Assembly: GCA_964057225.1 (NCBI GenBank)
Contig: OZ059895.1
Location: 7,564,001-7,628,000 of the forward strand
Source: Auanema rhodensis
Taxonomy: Eukaryota; Animalia; Nematoda
Length of the DNA: 64,000 nt
Reading direction: 5' to 3'
Under the pieces are notes generated by a model. That model saw nothing but the letters and a program-made list of their open reading frames with translations. It was not told the DNA's origin and did not search any database. This document shows, in pieces, positions 25,130-38,487 of the stretch. The stretch's first letter is position 1, and the number at the start of each line of letters is the position of its first letter. Made by a program: the position numbers and the translations under genes.

Positions 25130-28100
25130 GCCCCAACCAGCTTTGCCTGGGCCATCTACGCCAATTCCTCCGAATACCCGGAGGAACTAGCTTTCGAGAA
25201 AGGCGAGCAACTGCGTATTCTATCTGAAGAACCAGGTATGCTATATCTTTAATTAATTTGAAGCATTCAAACATTTGGTAATAGTATATAAGATAGCTAA
25301 TAGATAGCATTTGAGGTCTAAATCATCATTTTTTTCCTAAAAAAAGCCTTTTACACATGTGACATATCAGATCTTTCTCTTATGAATTATCTTTTTTTCT
25401 CCTCAAAAATGGGATATGATGTACATCTTTCAATTTCAAAATCTCTTAAAATATTTTTATTTTAAATTTATAAGATTGATTTCATTAATTCTTTTTTTTT
25501 TGAGTTCATTAAGGAAGTATTTTAGTTTAATTAACTTTTAATTATTATTGTCTATCTACCTTTAGACTAACTATAATGAACTAAAGTGCAATAAAACTGG
25601 ATTTTAGGCAAACTTTAAAAAAAAAAAAGAAAAAAAGTATTTCATTCGTGGTATATAATCGTATATATTATTTTATATTTTCTATATATTATATAGAAAT
25701 AATTAATTATAATATTTCTATACATTTATTCATTAGTTATCTCTTTTGACTGTTGAATTAATCCAGAAACATTTCTTTTCTCTTCCATTTACGGTCATTT
25801 GCGTCATAGTCATTACCTATTTCAGGTGCTAATTTGACCGAAGGCTGGTGGCTTTGCGAGAACGAACGAGGTCAACGTGGTATAGCTCCAGCTAATCGAC
25901 TTCACAAAATGGCTACTCAAGGTGATGGCGAGCCATTCGATCGAAAAGTTAGTTTCTTTCTTTGTTTTCTTTTTCCAATTTCTCGGTGTTTTTTCGTGAA
26001 TTTCAAACAAAATTCATTTTGAAAAGAAGGTAACAAGAAAAAAAGAATTTTTGTATATTTTTCGTTTATTTATCTATAACTAATCCAATTACCTTATATT
26101 TACACTTTCAACTATGACAAACATTTAATACTCATTTTCTCTTTTTTTTTGTATTTTTTTGTTTTTCAATATTTCTCTCATTTTCTTCTAAAAATTCAAA
26201 CTAGATAATCAGTTCAAAATCACTGAATTATAAGATCAAGTGAACTCTCATTCTGTCCCTCTCTCTCTCTCAACCGTTCCGTACAAAAATCAGATAGACG
26301 AAAAGCCGCTTCGCTCTTTCGCCCTTGTTCTCAGTTTGAGCATCTTCTACATTTCTTTATCGTGCAAGCATTTGTACGATCTCTGATCTTATTTTATCTG
26401 CTTATCTGTCAGTTTTTACTCATTTCTCCTTATTCCTTAAAGGAATTACGCGCGACAGAGGGCGTGTGCTGGCGCCTAGACTTTCACGGCGATTTTTTTT
26501 TATTCTGCTCCTTCTACCAGCGCTTCTTCCGCTTTCACTTCAATCAAAGGTTTCTTTCTTTCGACGACCAAACGCGAACAAATAGAGGAAGAGATATGTC
26601 TTGTGAAGGTATGAAGGTACAAGACTCTATGTTCTTCTGAAGAAATATAAAGAGCTATGGAGGTACTCCTTTCTTGCTCAAACATGACGATAGATAACAA
26701 GTAAATGAGAGAGAAAATGTTAGAGAGCACGACATTAAATGTTCAGAGAGGGATGAAACAAACGAAACTTTTCACGTGCCTCTGCTTTCTCTAATGTTCT
26801 TTCTCTCTTATTATACCGGCTCTCCAAGTATAGCTAACAGCTGGACGTCCCACCACTTTTCGGACTTTCTATTCACATCAGGGGGTAGATGTAGCTCATA
26901 TGATAACAATATTTCTGGTCATGCTACATAGACTATTTTCATATTATTCTACTTTTATGTTTTTCTTTTCTTTTTTCCTATTTGCTCGTTATTTTTCCGA
27001 AAATTCGTCGTCCATCTGTTCGCAAAAATTTGCTCAAATCATCTTTCTGCTCATATCTTGGCCAATCTCCTGTTTTTGATGTTTACTATATCATGGGAAT
27101 TGGGATGTCCTTCCTAAATCGACTTCATCTCAAAGCTTTTGACGTCAGAAGTCTTCTAAGCTTCGATTTATTACGTGAACATCAAACATAGATCTCATTG
27201 AATTTCTATATTTCTCTGCATAACTTGAGTAATCTGAACTCTGAAAGACAGAGAGACAAGTAAATGAAAGAGAAGTATGAGAGAGAGAAAGCTTAAGAGA
27301 GGAGAGGAAAGAGGAGATAGAGTGGAAGAAAACTATGTCGTTCTTCCTAACTGTCTGTTCTTAATATTCGAAACATTTTCTAATTTTTTAAACAACTACT
27401 TCAAATCCTTGACAACATTTATTTACTTTCGAATGGAAGAACGGTCTTCAAATCTTTTTTCGGGCCGTAAATCCTTTGAAACGAACTATTCAAACTGAAT
27501 TTTGCTTTTTGATTACCAATCTCCTGTTTTATTCGCACGTAATTCTCATTGTATTTTTTGATAAAAACAATTAAATTTTATAGAATTTTTCCAATATTCA
27601 TCTAATTTCAAGAAATATCAACTGAATCAAGTCACACAAAACATTTTACAGACATAGTGGTCTTCTTTATTACATTTTTTCCATAAATGATTCCTTTTTC
27701 TTCCACATTCTTCTGACTTTTCTTGATTCTACTGAAAAATTTCATTTGAATGTAATGTTTCTCTGAATTAACAAAAACTTTACTTTGAAACACTTCTTTG
27801 TCTTTGACAATACTTTTTGAATTTTCCGACACCACCATGTTGGATTCCTTTGAAGACAATATGGAAAAAATAAAATTTTAAACAGGACAGGGTTGTACGC
27901 CGACGACGTAGTAGTGAGCTGTCATCGTGAAGACGTGAAAAGCATCCACTTGATGATCGACTTGAAACTTTTCTTAACTATCGTTGACGCTCGCATCATC
28001 AGTATCAGCCCCATCATGCATGTCGTGATCTACTGCCGTAAAAGGGTGTGGTCGTATGTATGGTTGAAAGGAAAAGACAAGGGGTAGCTGTGTGAATCAT

Positions 28101-28382
28101 ATAGCTGTTCACTTCTGGTTGTCTTCTTCAATATGTGAATAATGTGTTCTATCACTTCAACGTTAAAGATGAGGTTTTCATTCCGTTACCTCCACATGAC
28201 CTTTGTTTCTTTCGAATCTCCATCCTTTCGCTGTCCATTTCCTTACCGTTTACCGTGCATTTAATCTCTTTCTCTTTCGTTCTCTTTAAATTCCAAGAAC
28301 CTTTGTTATATAAGAAAATGAAGAATTTACATGGAGTAATACGAAAGAAATATCAACTGAAGAAAATAGTGAGAAGTTAAAT

Positions 28383-28438
<56 letters not shown>

Positions 28439-31400
28439 TTGAGAGAGAGGAGTAGAACAACGACCATTAGAAAACTTCCCGCCTCGCATGTGGATGTTTT
28501 CCATTAGTTCAAGAATCTAACTCCTCCCATCAAATCATGCTTTTGTTGCTCTGAAGATGGCCACTAAGATGTTCCAGTTGTTCAATATTTATTTCTTTTG
28601 AACGCATGGGATGTCAACCGTTAGTCAGTTATCCAGCTTCTATTTTTTTCTATTTGTCGTATACCTCATTCACGATTGTGTAATGCTTGAACTTGCAATT
28701 CAGCATTTTCTCCCTCATTTCATCTTCTGCTTCTCTTTCCATACGGCAGTTCGTTTTCCTCAAATCCATGTTTTCGAAGTTCTCTTTTCTTTGATCTTGA
28801 TTTTGATTTTATGATTTCTTATTATATTTCATGAAAATGAACGGCTTGATCTTCTGTTTTTCAGATATTTAATAATATTTAAAACATTACTTCATTTAAT
28901 ATTCAAACTTTATTAAACTTTAGCATTTTAGATTGTTGTTTCTAAACTCGTTATTACCCACCTCTCAATCTTCCACCCTTTTTCTGTCTTCATACTTTGA
29001 AATTGAATGATTAATATGTTCAAACTTTATATAATTTTATCTGCCAATATAATCAAACTTCCTATATTCATATATATATTGACTTCAACTACCATTAACT
29101 ATAGTATTTCAATGAATTATACAGCCATCATCATCATCATTACCATAGTTTAACTCCAAAAATGTCATAATCATCTATAAACTTTTGATTATAAAAACAA
29201 ACAGAGTGTCAATCTTGTGTATACTCTTAATTGCATTTGCCTGTTCGTCTGGTTTTTATAATGTTAAATTGGCTTATACTTCCAGTTTCTCAGCACTGTT
29301 CCATTTATTCCTTTTCATTTATAGTAATAGTATTCTTTCTATACCTATTAGTTCAATACTATCAACTATTTCTTTGCTTATTTGGCAATTTTCATTTTGA
29401 AATTTCGATAAATCTCTGTTCTATATCTGTTTCATGCAATAGTTATTTCATCCATTTTTTCTTTTTCATAATCCTGATGGCAATTTGAGTGAAATGGGTT
29501 AATGCCAATGAGATATCTTGTCATTCGTTTTCTTGTTTTTTTACAGCAAAACCTGTGAAATGAATGTGCTAGATACGCGATTGAGCCCTGCTGTCAGGAT
29601 GATCGTGATCCCTCAGCCCCCTCATCCCATAACATCTGTATTGAATATCTCTCTATCTTTTGGTCGTTCGAAATCCATCAAAGATTATTCTCTGTTCTCA
29701 AAAGAATTGTCTGCAATTGATGATCACGCATGTCTAGGGGTAGCCACCCACGTGAGTGTTCATACACACATTCTCACTATATCTATCGCTTCTCACATCT
29801 TCTTTCAGTTCATTGATGTCCGACTATCTATCCATACCTAGTATGTTACAGCATTTACCTAATTTGTCTTAACATAAGTGATCAAACACCGAATATTGCT
29901 ATTTTCGGGCTTTATCATCACAGAAAAATGAACTCGAAAACACGAATGATTTGTATTAAGGCGTGTCCATCATGAACACACCTTTAATACATTAAGAACA
30001 GTCTGTTCAACTCAATTAGAATATGTACTTTCATTTATTTCACGTGAAATACACGTCAAAACATTTATATTTAAATATTATTTTAAATAATGAACGGTTG
30101 TATATGTATTGTTCAAAATATATTTATTATGATGCAATTACTATTCTTTTCATATTTTTTTCTTTTTTTTTTTCATTTGACTAATAAACAAATTATTGAT
30201 ACATTACATTGCCCATAGCTATATTGGGGTATTATCACTAGACAGTGGAACCGTTTCAGTAGATTTATCTTTCATTTTCTTATATTCTCTAAATTTCTCA
30301 TTAATCATATTCTATATATCTTTACCTATTTATGATCATCCTCTTACACGCCAGTCAGAATTATTCAGCTGTCAATCCAATTCATATCTTTATCATTTTT
30401 GATTTCTAAATCCTTGATCCTATATTTGAAATAGTTCAAAGATACATATAATTATCATATTATATATATATAATTAATATATTTCTCTTAACTATATAAT
30501 AATTATTTATTTATATTTTCAGTTTTTTCAAGTAGCCAGTCCTCTAATGGATGACTTCTTCCTATTTAATCTTAGTTCACCATTTGATGATCCATTTTTT
30601 CGAGGTTTGTTGAGATTTATTCACTTTTTTGAAACATTTTGTATTCATTCATATTATTTTATTAAAGATCGCTCCGCATTCACCACTTCATTTCGTGATC
30701 GAGTAGATCTTCAACCACTTACTGAACTTAACAACAGTAGCACTTTTGATAATTCATATCCTAAACGGACACAAGTTGTTCGTAATATTCCTATTATAGT
30801 TCAGGTTTGTTAATTTTTAATTTTTCATATAATTTGATATTTTTTTCTGTATAGTTTAACTAATTAAGTAATACTTTGTGAAAAACAATCTTTTCCGCAA
30901 TAATACGATTAATTTATATCTGCAGAATGGCCGACAAGGTCATCAGTCCAGTTCAAACCTCAATACTATTGATGATATGTTGACGTCATCAAGTTCCTCT
31001 ACTATGCCTCATCATCAGCAACCTCATCAGATGCTAGGTTCTCTACGACGAACTGTCAGGTTGGCTTTCAATTCAATATTATTCACATTTTATTCATTCT
31101 GACTCAATGTGATTGTTTGTCTGAAGTTTCATCTTCTATCCAAAATGCATTGAAAAGTCATTTAACCGCTTTGTTGTCTAAGAATTCACCTGCTGTGCAA
31201 GTTTGACCTAATGTCCATACGTTTTATAGTATTATATTCCATATTTCTAAGTTAAATCATGTTTTGAACATGATTCTTCACAATGTTCGAGTAAAATAGC
31301 CATATGAGTGGGCTGAACAGAAGAAAACATTCCTTTAAAGCTACCCTATGGCCTCAGATTCCAATTTCATTTTTTTTTGTTAACTATCATGATCGTTAGT

Positions 31401-34400
31401 GTATCTGACGGCTGTGTAACCCATGTAACCTATACCCTGCTCTCGTTTTTGATGACGGAGACATCGCGTATACGAGAGGACACACCCACCTGCTAAACTT
31501 GCCATATGTAGAATGAACCCAATGGGAAATTCTTTTTTCTCTAACTCTCTTTCTCAACTTAATGACTTTTGTTAATTCTTGTTCTATGAAGAGTGGTAGA
31601 AGAGGGGGGGGGGTGAAGTTAGGGCGGACTACCGGACTAACACATTTCTTGTCAGTCATCTTCTTCTTATTTGAACAATGCCATACTTGGGTTGTTTCAG
31701 TAGTGGTCCTACATCTCCAAAGCTGAATAGAGAACGGATCATCGATATACAGACAGTACCAACTAGGGCACCATCTCCACCTACAAGGCGTCACTTTTTG
31801 TCAACTGGAAATCTTCATACTACCAATATCGATGACCTGCCTTCATCCTTCGCTGATAATAATTCCATGGATGAGCTGGAAAATCACAGCTATTCCTCTT
31901 CTGATTCTGGAAGACGACCTGCTCGATCATTGGTATTGCCTTCATCCATTCCCGGACGAAGCATTGAGATACCATTAGGTGCTTCTAACTTTGATATTGC
32001 ACCAGCACCATTACCACGAGAACACAGGTAATTTAAATTATTTTCTAATATTCTTTTATTTTTTCTCTTTATAATTAATGATAAAAAAGTTAAAAAACAG
32101 AATAATGTTCATATAATGAATTTTCTTTTGAACATTTTTTATTTATTTTTGGCAGTCTCAACAAAAGTTTTGTAAAATAATTTTTTTTTCTTCTTGTTCA
32201 TAATATGATATAACTTGTTCTATTGATGACTATATGTATTATATATAATCAACAACAGCAGTTTTTTAATTGTAAATTATGTAAAATCATTAATATAATT
32301 CTCTAATTTTTAGACAGCTTTATCATTATGTTGTAATATAATTTTTATGATTTCAGTCCCGTTAAAGAGAGAAAACCGGATTCATCAGCTTCTCAACTTG
32401 AGCGTTTAAGCCAAAGACTAAAAAAGCTAGGTTAGACATACATGTCTTTATTTGATTTTAACTTATCAGTTTTTTGAAGTTTCTTCGCACGTATTGTTTC
32501 AAAGTTTCTACAAGTTTTCATTCTTTTCATACAAATTATGTCATTAGTTATTTCTTTCTTTTCAGCTCATCCTTTTAAAAACTCGGGAAATCATCATGAT
32601 GATCATATCAAAACTGTTTCTATGCCAAATTTGCTTCAAAAAGAAAAACGAGTAGAGAGTCCTACTAACAGCAGCGGAATTGGGGCTGATATGATGGACA
32701 CAACGGATAGCAGCAACTCAAGTGAAGAGCAGAAGGTGTGTCAAATTATGACTTTCATACAGTTTTACGTTGATTATCATTCCATTCTTCTCATTCCTCA
32801 TATATTTCTATTCAAAACCGAACGTATATCATTTTCAGAGAACATCAGACTTATCATCACTATCTGATCAAAACAGTCTATTGTCTGACATAGCAGCAGA
32901 TGATTCGAGGTAATTATTGATTATTAATTATATAAATAGTAATTTTTAATATATGTTTTATAATATTTTTTTGATATTTATGAACAAAAAAAGGAATTAT
33001 TTTCTATAAAATATATAAAACAAAGAAAAAAAAAGAAACATTTCACCAATATAAATATATTTAATTTTAAACGAAAAAATGTTATGAATGCGATGATGAT
33101 ATTTTTGCTAATGTTATTACATTTTAACAGCAGGGGCGGTTATCAATATTTATTGATAACGAAATTATTATCTATATATGGTTTATTCATACTTTGCATG
33201 TTATTTTTTTTTCTAAAATATTCTTTTTTTCCTCTCAACAACTGACAGACAAATATATATTTTACCAAATATCTTATGAATATAATGCATGTTTGAAAAG
33301 CATAAAATTCAATTTTATTAGGCTCAGCCTTGTATCTTTGTGATTGATTTGATTTAATATTCTGACACAAAAATGCCTAAACTTTTTTTTTTCTTCAGAA
33401 GTCTTTAGTCTTTGTATATGTACACTTTTTCAATTTCAGACTTCCTCAAACTGTTCCTTCTATATCTCATCTGAAACAACCTTATTTGAATAGATTATCA
33501 AGAGAAAAATCACCATCTACTAGTGTTCTACAAACAGTTCTCGATCAGATAGGAAGAGAGAATAAACCTAAGATTCCAGTAAGCTTATATTCTATATAAT
33601 ACAAATTACAAGTTTCATTATTTCAAGATTCTTTCAACATTTGCTGGAAGTCGAAACTCAGATCCATTATCTGGGATCTTTTTGACTGAAGATATGCACA
33701 GAACTAACATGCCAAGGTGGAATCGTAGCCCTGCTCCTCCACATGAGTCAGCTTCCAATCTGACTAATTCTCTCAGTGATTCCAAAACTTTGAGGTGAGA
33801 AATTTCTTAAAATGCTCAAATAAGAAAATTTTTAGTGGAAATGAGATGGAGAATGAAATCCAAGTTCGTAAACGAATCATCTGTACAAAAATGGCAGATG
33901 CTTTAAAGCTAATTGAGAATGGAGTTGAACAGATTAACAAGGTATTGAATGATTCATGTAATTTTTATTAATGAAATAAACATTTTAGGCAACAGCCGCC
34001 CAAAGATGGCGTGGAGCTCATATTCTTCATGCTAATTTGAATACTTTAAGAAATGCTGTTGTAACTATTAATGAATCATTAGATTGTTTTGTTGTTAGTA
34101 GTGGTAGAATATCAGTAGAGAATGGTTCTCCTAAAGCAGCAGGTAAAGTTGTTTTTTTCAATTCAAGTTGGTAATTCGTTTAATTTAAGAACTACATCAT
34201 CTACTGACTCCATTGCTTCAATCAAGAACTCAGATAGCTTCCCTTCGTAAATCGCTAGATACCACTGGATGGACTGTAGCAGCTTTATCTCGTGGTAAAG
34301 ATCATATCAATACTATGGATCCTTTAGAGCAATTTATTTCCATTGCACAAGAGGTGAGACTTTTAAAGTTTTTAAGCTAATAAGCATTATATTCCTATTA

Positions 34401-35671
34401 ATATGACATCATAACATATGTATTTGATAATAAACTTTTATAGATTCCTTCGGATTGTCGTCGTTTACTCCAATGGGTCCAGATGCTTGTCCCTTCTAAT
34501 AGTGTTGTATTCCTTAGTCCTACTGCTATTATGTCCAATAGTGCCTTATCTGCTTTGACGAGCATTTCTCAAAATCCTGCATATATCCAAAGATCTGATG
34601 AACTGAAAAAGTAAGTTATTGTTATATTATGTTCTTTTATGAAATTACATTTTGCAGTTCAAATTTCTCTAGAATGGAAGAAAGGTTGAATGCTTCTTCT
34701 CCAAATTTGAGTGAATTAAAGTCACTTCCTTCATCATTCGCGTCCTCGCCAGTTGATATTGTTTCGGATAGAGTATGTGTTATTTCTCAATCATTTGAAC
34801 CTTAGCAATTTCAGATTTCCTCTACTCCATCAATTTCTAATTTCCCCTCTAGCTTGCCATCTTCTATACCATCAGCTTCAACCAGTTCTAACAGTAGCAC
34901 CTCTGATTACGCCACAATCGGATCAAAAAAACAGGTATCATAGATTATAAACAATCTAAAATTCTTATATATGTACTTTAGAACTCTACTATTCCTTTGA
35001 AAGAATCTAGAATATTGGAAGAAGATGACTTAGAATCAGTTTATAGTGACAGAGAAAGCTTGCTTCAAGATTATGCATATTTGGATGACGTAGTACCTGG
35101 ACGTTCAAGTAATTCTAGAGTACAATTTATCAATGATGAAGTAAGCATTTCTCAATCTAACTGTGTATAAATATATATTATTAGGATCGACAATTAGTCA
35201 GATTTTATGCTCCACAAATCTCGCAACATACCAATGCTTTATCAAATGCAATCGAAGCATTTTTAGAGTCAGTGGAACATAGCTCGCCACCTAGAGAATT
35301 TGTCCAAAAAGGAAAATTAGTAGGATTTTGTTCTTTTTTTTATTTTTCAATAAAAATTCTTTATAGATTATTCTTACGGTTCATAAATTAATCTATATCG
35401 GAGACACCATTTCTCAATGTGTTAAAGACAGAACAGTTAGTGACAATATGCGAACATGTGCCGATCATTTGTGTGAACTTCTTAAGCATTGTGTTCGAGC
35501 AACTAAAATTGCTGCTGATGAGGTAAATCGCTGTAAATTGTAACAGAGTTTTATTAATATTTATTCTTTCAGTATCCAGATATAAAATCCATGCAAACAA
35601 TGGTGGATAGTATAATTGGTGTTTCCAAATCAGCTCATGAACTGAAAGCTATGGCCACCAATTATTGCTAG
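25130..35671 (+). CDS. bcar-1: p130Cas/BCAR1-family adaptor (SH3, serine-rich helical domain, C-terminal FAT-like domain); start exon not located
   Basis: Cas-type SH3 AWAIYANSSEYPEELAFEKGE..EGWWLCENERGQRGIAPANRL, a QDYAYL Src-binding-like motif, and C-terminal DRQLVRFYAPQISQHTNALSNAIEAFL..IILTVHKLIYIGDTISQ..LLKHCVRATKIAADEYP. Stop at 35669-35671. Confidence 0.88.
28385..28449. repeat. (GA)n microsatellite in a bcar-1 intron
   Basis: About 24 perfect GA units plus a degenerate tail. Confidence 0.95.
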
Positions 35672-36289
35672 TTGCATTATTCTCAAAAAAAGAAAGAATT
35701 CTAGTCCAAACGTAAAGTGTCTGATACTCACATTTTTTACGTGAACCATGTGAATATGTATATAGAGAATCATAATTGTAGAATTTTATATAAAGTATTT
35801 TTTCTCTCTGCGTATACTTATTAATTCTGATAATTAGAAAAAAGATGTAACATCATCGTAAGAAGCCATAAAATAACTCATATAAGACTTATATAAATAT
35901 GTTAATAAAATTTCAATTATTCATTCTTATAATCCAAATATAATTATGTGCCCGTATGAAGAAAAAATTGCAAGTGAATTACGTGCTAAAAAAAAAAATA
36001 AACTCTATTATTATTATATGATAGTTATATTGCGAATATTATAATATTAAATAAATATAATTTAATAATATTGCCCTCCCAACCGCCAAAAATGTAAACT
36101 CATACAGTTTACTAATTAATTAATTGTGACACACGATTACCTGAATTTGAATTTTATCATACTGTACACACATTTTGCGCCAACTCAAAAATTCGGTTAT
36201 CCTTTTCTATACTGAATTTACACAAGCTCTTTAATTTATCATTCGAAGTTATTTCCTTTTAAGTTGGATAATAAGATCGAGATTCGAAA

Positions 36290-37961
36290 ATGAATCTCGA
36301 TAAATCATATAATATGGTAAGATATTAACAATTTTAATATAAGTAACATGTAAAAATTAAACAGGTCACACCTCGTAGGCCTATCCAAATCCCAACAAAA
36401 CATTTACAATTGACTAGAACCGAGTATTTATGTTATAAATGGGATAGTTTGTAAGTTTTTATTCTGTGTTTATCCTTGAAATGTTGCAAAATTTTAGGAA
36501 ACATTTATTATGGAGCAGGTTTGGGCGTCATTTGTATTTCGTTACTTTACCAAATATTGCTGCTTTACTCATAATAATTTTCATGTTTAAACTTATAGTT
36601 AAAGGTTTTTAATTTTAATTACAGATCTACGGGAATGAATTAAAAATCTTTTTATAGGAGAAGATGGTGTTCTTATGGAATATAGTCTGGCTTCCGTTGA
36701 TCGATCCTTATCCTCATTCAAAGAGATGGACTTTAGGATGAATATGATAGCAGAACAACAAGAGAGAATTAGAGTAAGTATGAGATTTTAAAGCTACCTA
36801 ATTTAAACATTATTAAGGAATATGCTAATAATGAAATTCAATCTCTTCGTAGTCAGTTCGAATCATCAGTAAACAATTTAAAAAATGACATATTTACTGA
36901 TTTGCAAAAGGTATGTTAGCATTTCCGGAGAAGTTTCAAAGTCATATAATTAGATAAAAGATTTTGCTGAGACCACTGATTATACTACTCAGACACGTTT
37001 TCTTGATATTGTAAGTATGTTAGAAAACAATGTTACTAGCAAAATTCAGAACCTCTATTCTGAGCTTGCAAATGTAAGACATATTTCGATAATTTAAGTA
37101 ACCTTTACATTTGTTTTAGATTTCTAATGTTGTTGGTAAGAGTAAAAACGTCATAAATGAAACAGTTTTCCTTGATGGACTTGGGCGGCTGGCCGATAAT
37201 TTCACCAGTCGGCTTGAAGTTTTACGTACCAATTTCACTGCTGGAATGTTCCCGTTGTCTAACCACAATATGGGAGTTAATTTAGCTAGCAGACGGATTG
37301 GTATTTCGGTATTTTATCATGTAATATGAATATGCTTATTCAGGGGCTAAGGTTATACCTTCTTTGACATCGGAGCTATATACATATTCGAATTATATTC
37401 AACGTTTATCAGCCTATATATATTCAAAAAATTTGTATGAATGGCCAATTACGGTGAGAGTTTAATTAATAGAAAATTTTTATTCCAATATTTGATTTAA
37501 GGAAAGAAGTACCATGACACCTGGAGATGCTTTTTGTTTCCATGGCTCTGCTGGTGAATATACTGTGTCATTGGCTGTTCAAAAGTCTATTAAAGCAGTT
37601 CTCTATGAGCATGATTTTTGGGATGATATAATTTCTATTAGTTCTCCCAAGGATTTCCAAATTTGGGTATAGTTTATAATAATTAAAATTAAATTAAATT
37701 TTGATAAATTGATTTTAGACATGTAAAGATGATTGTGAACAGGAATCTGCTTATGAATTGGCCAATTCCTGTATATATTCCTCGAATGGAACTCCCGCTC
37801 AAGTTTGCAACATATCGGTAATAATAATCGTTTATTTTCTTGTTACTTATTTTTATATTCAGAAAAGAAACATAGATATTCAATCAGTCCGTATGAAGAT
37901 TCTTAGTAACCATGGACAATCATATACATGCTTATACAGCCTTAGAGTTTACGCTTTGTAA
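36290..37961 (+). CDS. SUN-domain nuclear envelope protein (SUN-1/matefin-like), multi-exon
   Basis: Short N-terminus, TM (LPNIAALLIIIF), coiled coil, then SUN domain NLASRRIGAKVI..MTPGDAFCFHGSAGEYTVSLA..LYEH..SSPKDFQIW..ILSNHGQSYTCLYSLRVY. Confidence 0.85.
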
Positions 37962-38487
37962 ATAGTTGAAATTTTGGCGTAAAGACGCAAGTAATCAATT
38001 CAGTCTCAAGACAATTACCGGTAGTTTTTTTCGTCAAATGCATTAATAATGCTGTAGTTTTTATTAGTAACAGGATCTCAATTATCTTCTTTTTACTCGT
38101 TTATTCATCTTTATTCACATCATTTTGTTTCTTCTATTTTCCTGAAATTATGTACTGTACACAATATTATGAGCAACTTCTTCTTCGCAATTTATACGAT
38201 CATGTTCATAGCCAAGCAGAATAAAGTCGATGGGTTTTTTAATTTGTTCATAATTCGTTGATATAATACATGAAAATTAACTCATTCATATGAAATAAAT
38301 AGGTTATGGATATTTTTATGTGAAGCTTCCAATGTACAGTAATTTACTGTAAAGCGTTATACTAAAAATATGTCCTCCAAAGACTATTTATTTGTTCGCT
38401 GTTTTCTTTATTTACAAGTTTTTAATTTTTATATACTTCAATCTGTTAATATTATTTTTAAAACAAAAAAATTGATTTGTGATTCAG

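Noticed and set aside
27893-28087. ORF containing LYADDVVV, resembling the reverse-transcriptase YADD motif
   Set aside because: No flanking RT motifs (QG upstream, K/YLG downstream) and no element structure; probably chance in intronic DNA.
31678-31699. Alternative bcar-1 start MPYLGCFSS
   Set aside because: A TTTCAG acceptor at 31699 joins in the correct phase to the previous exon, so the ATG is most simply intronic.
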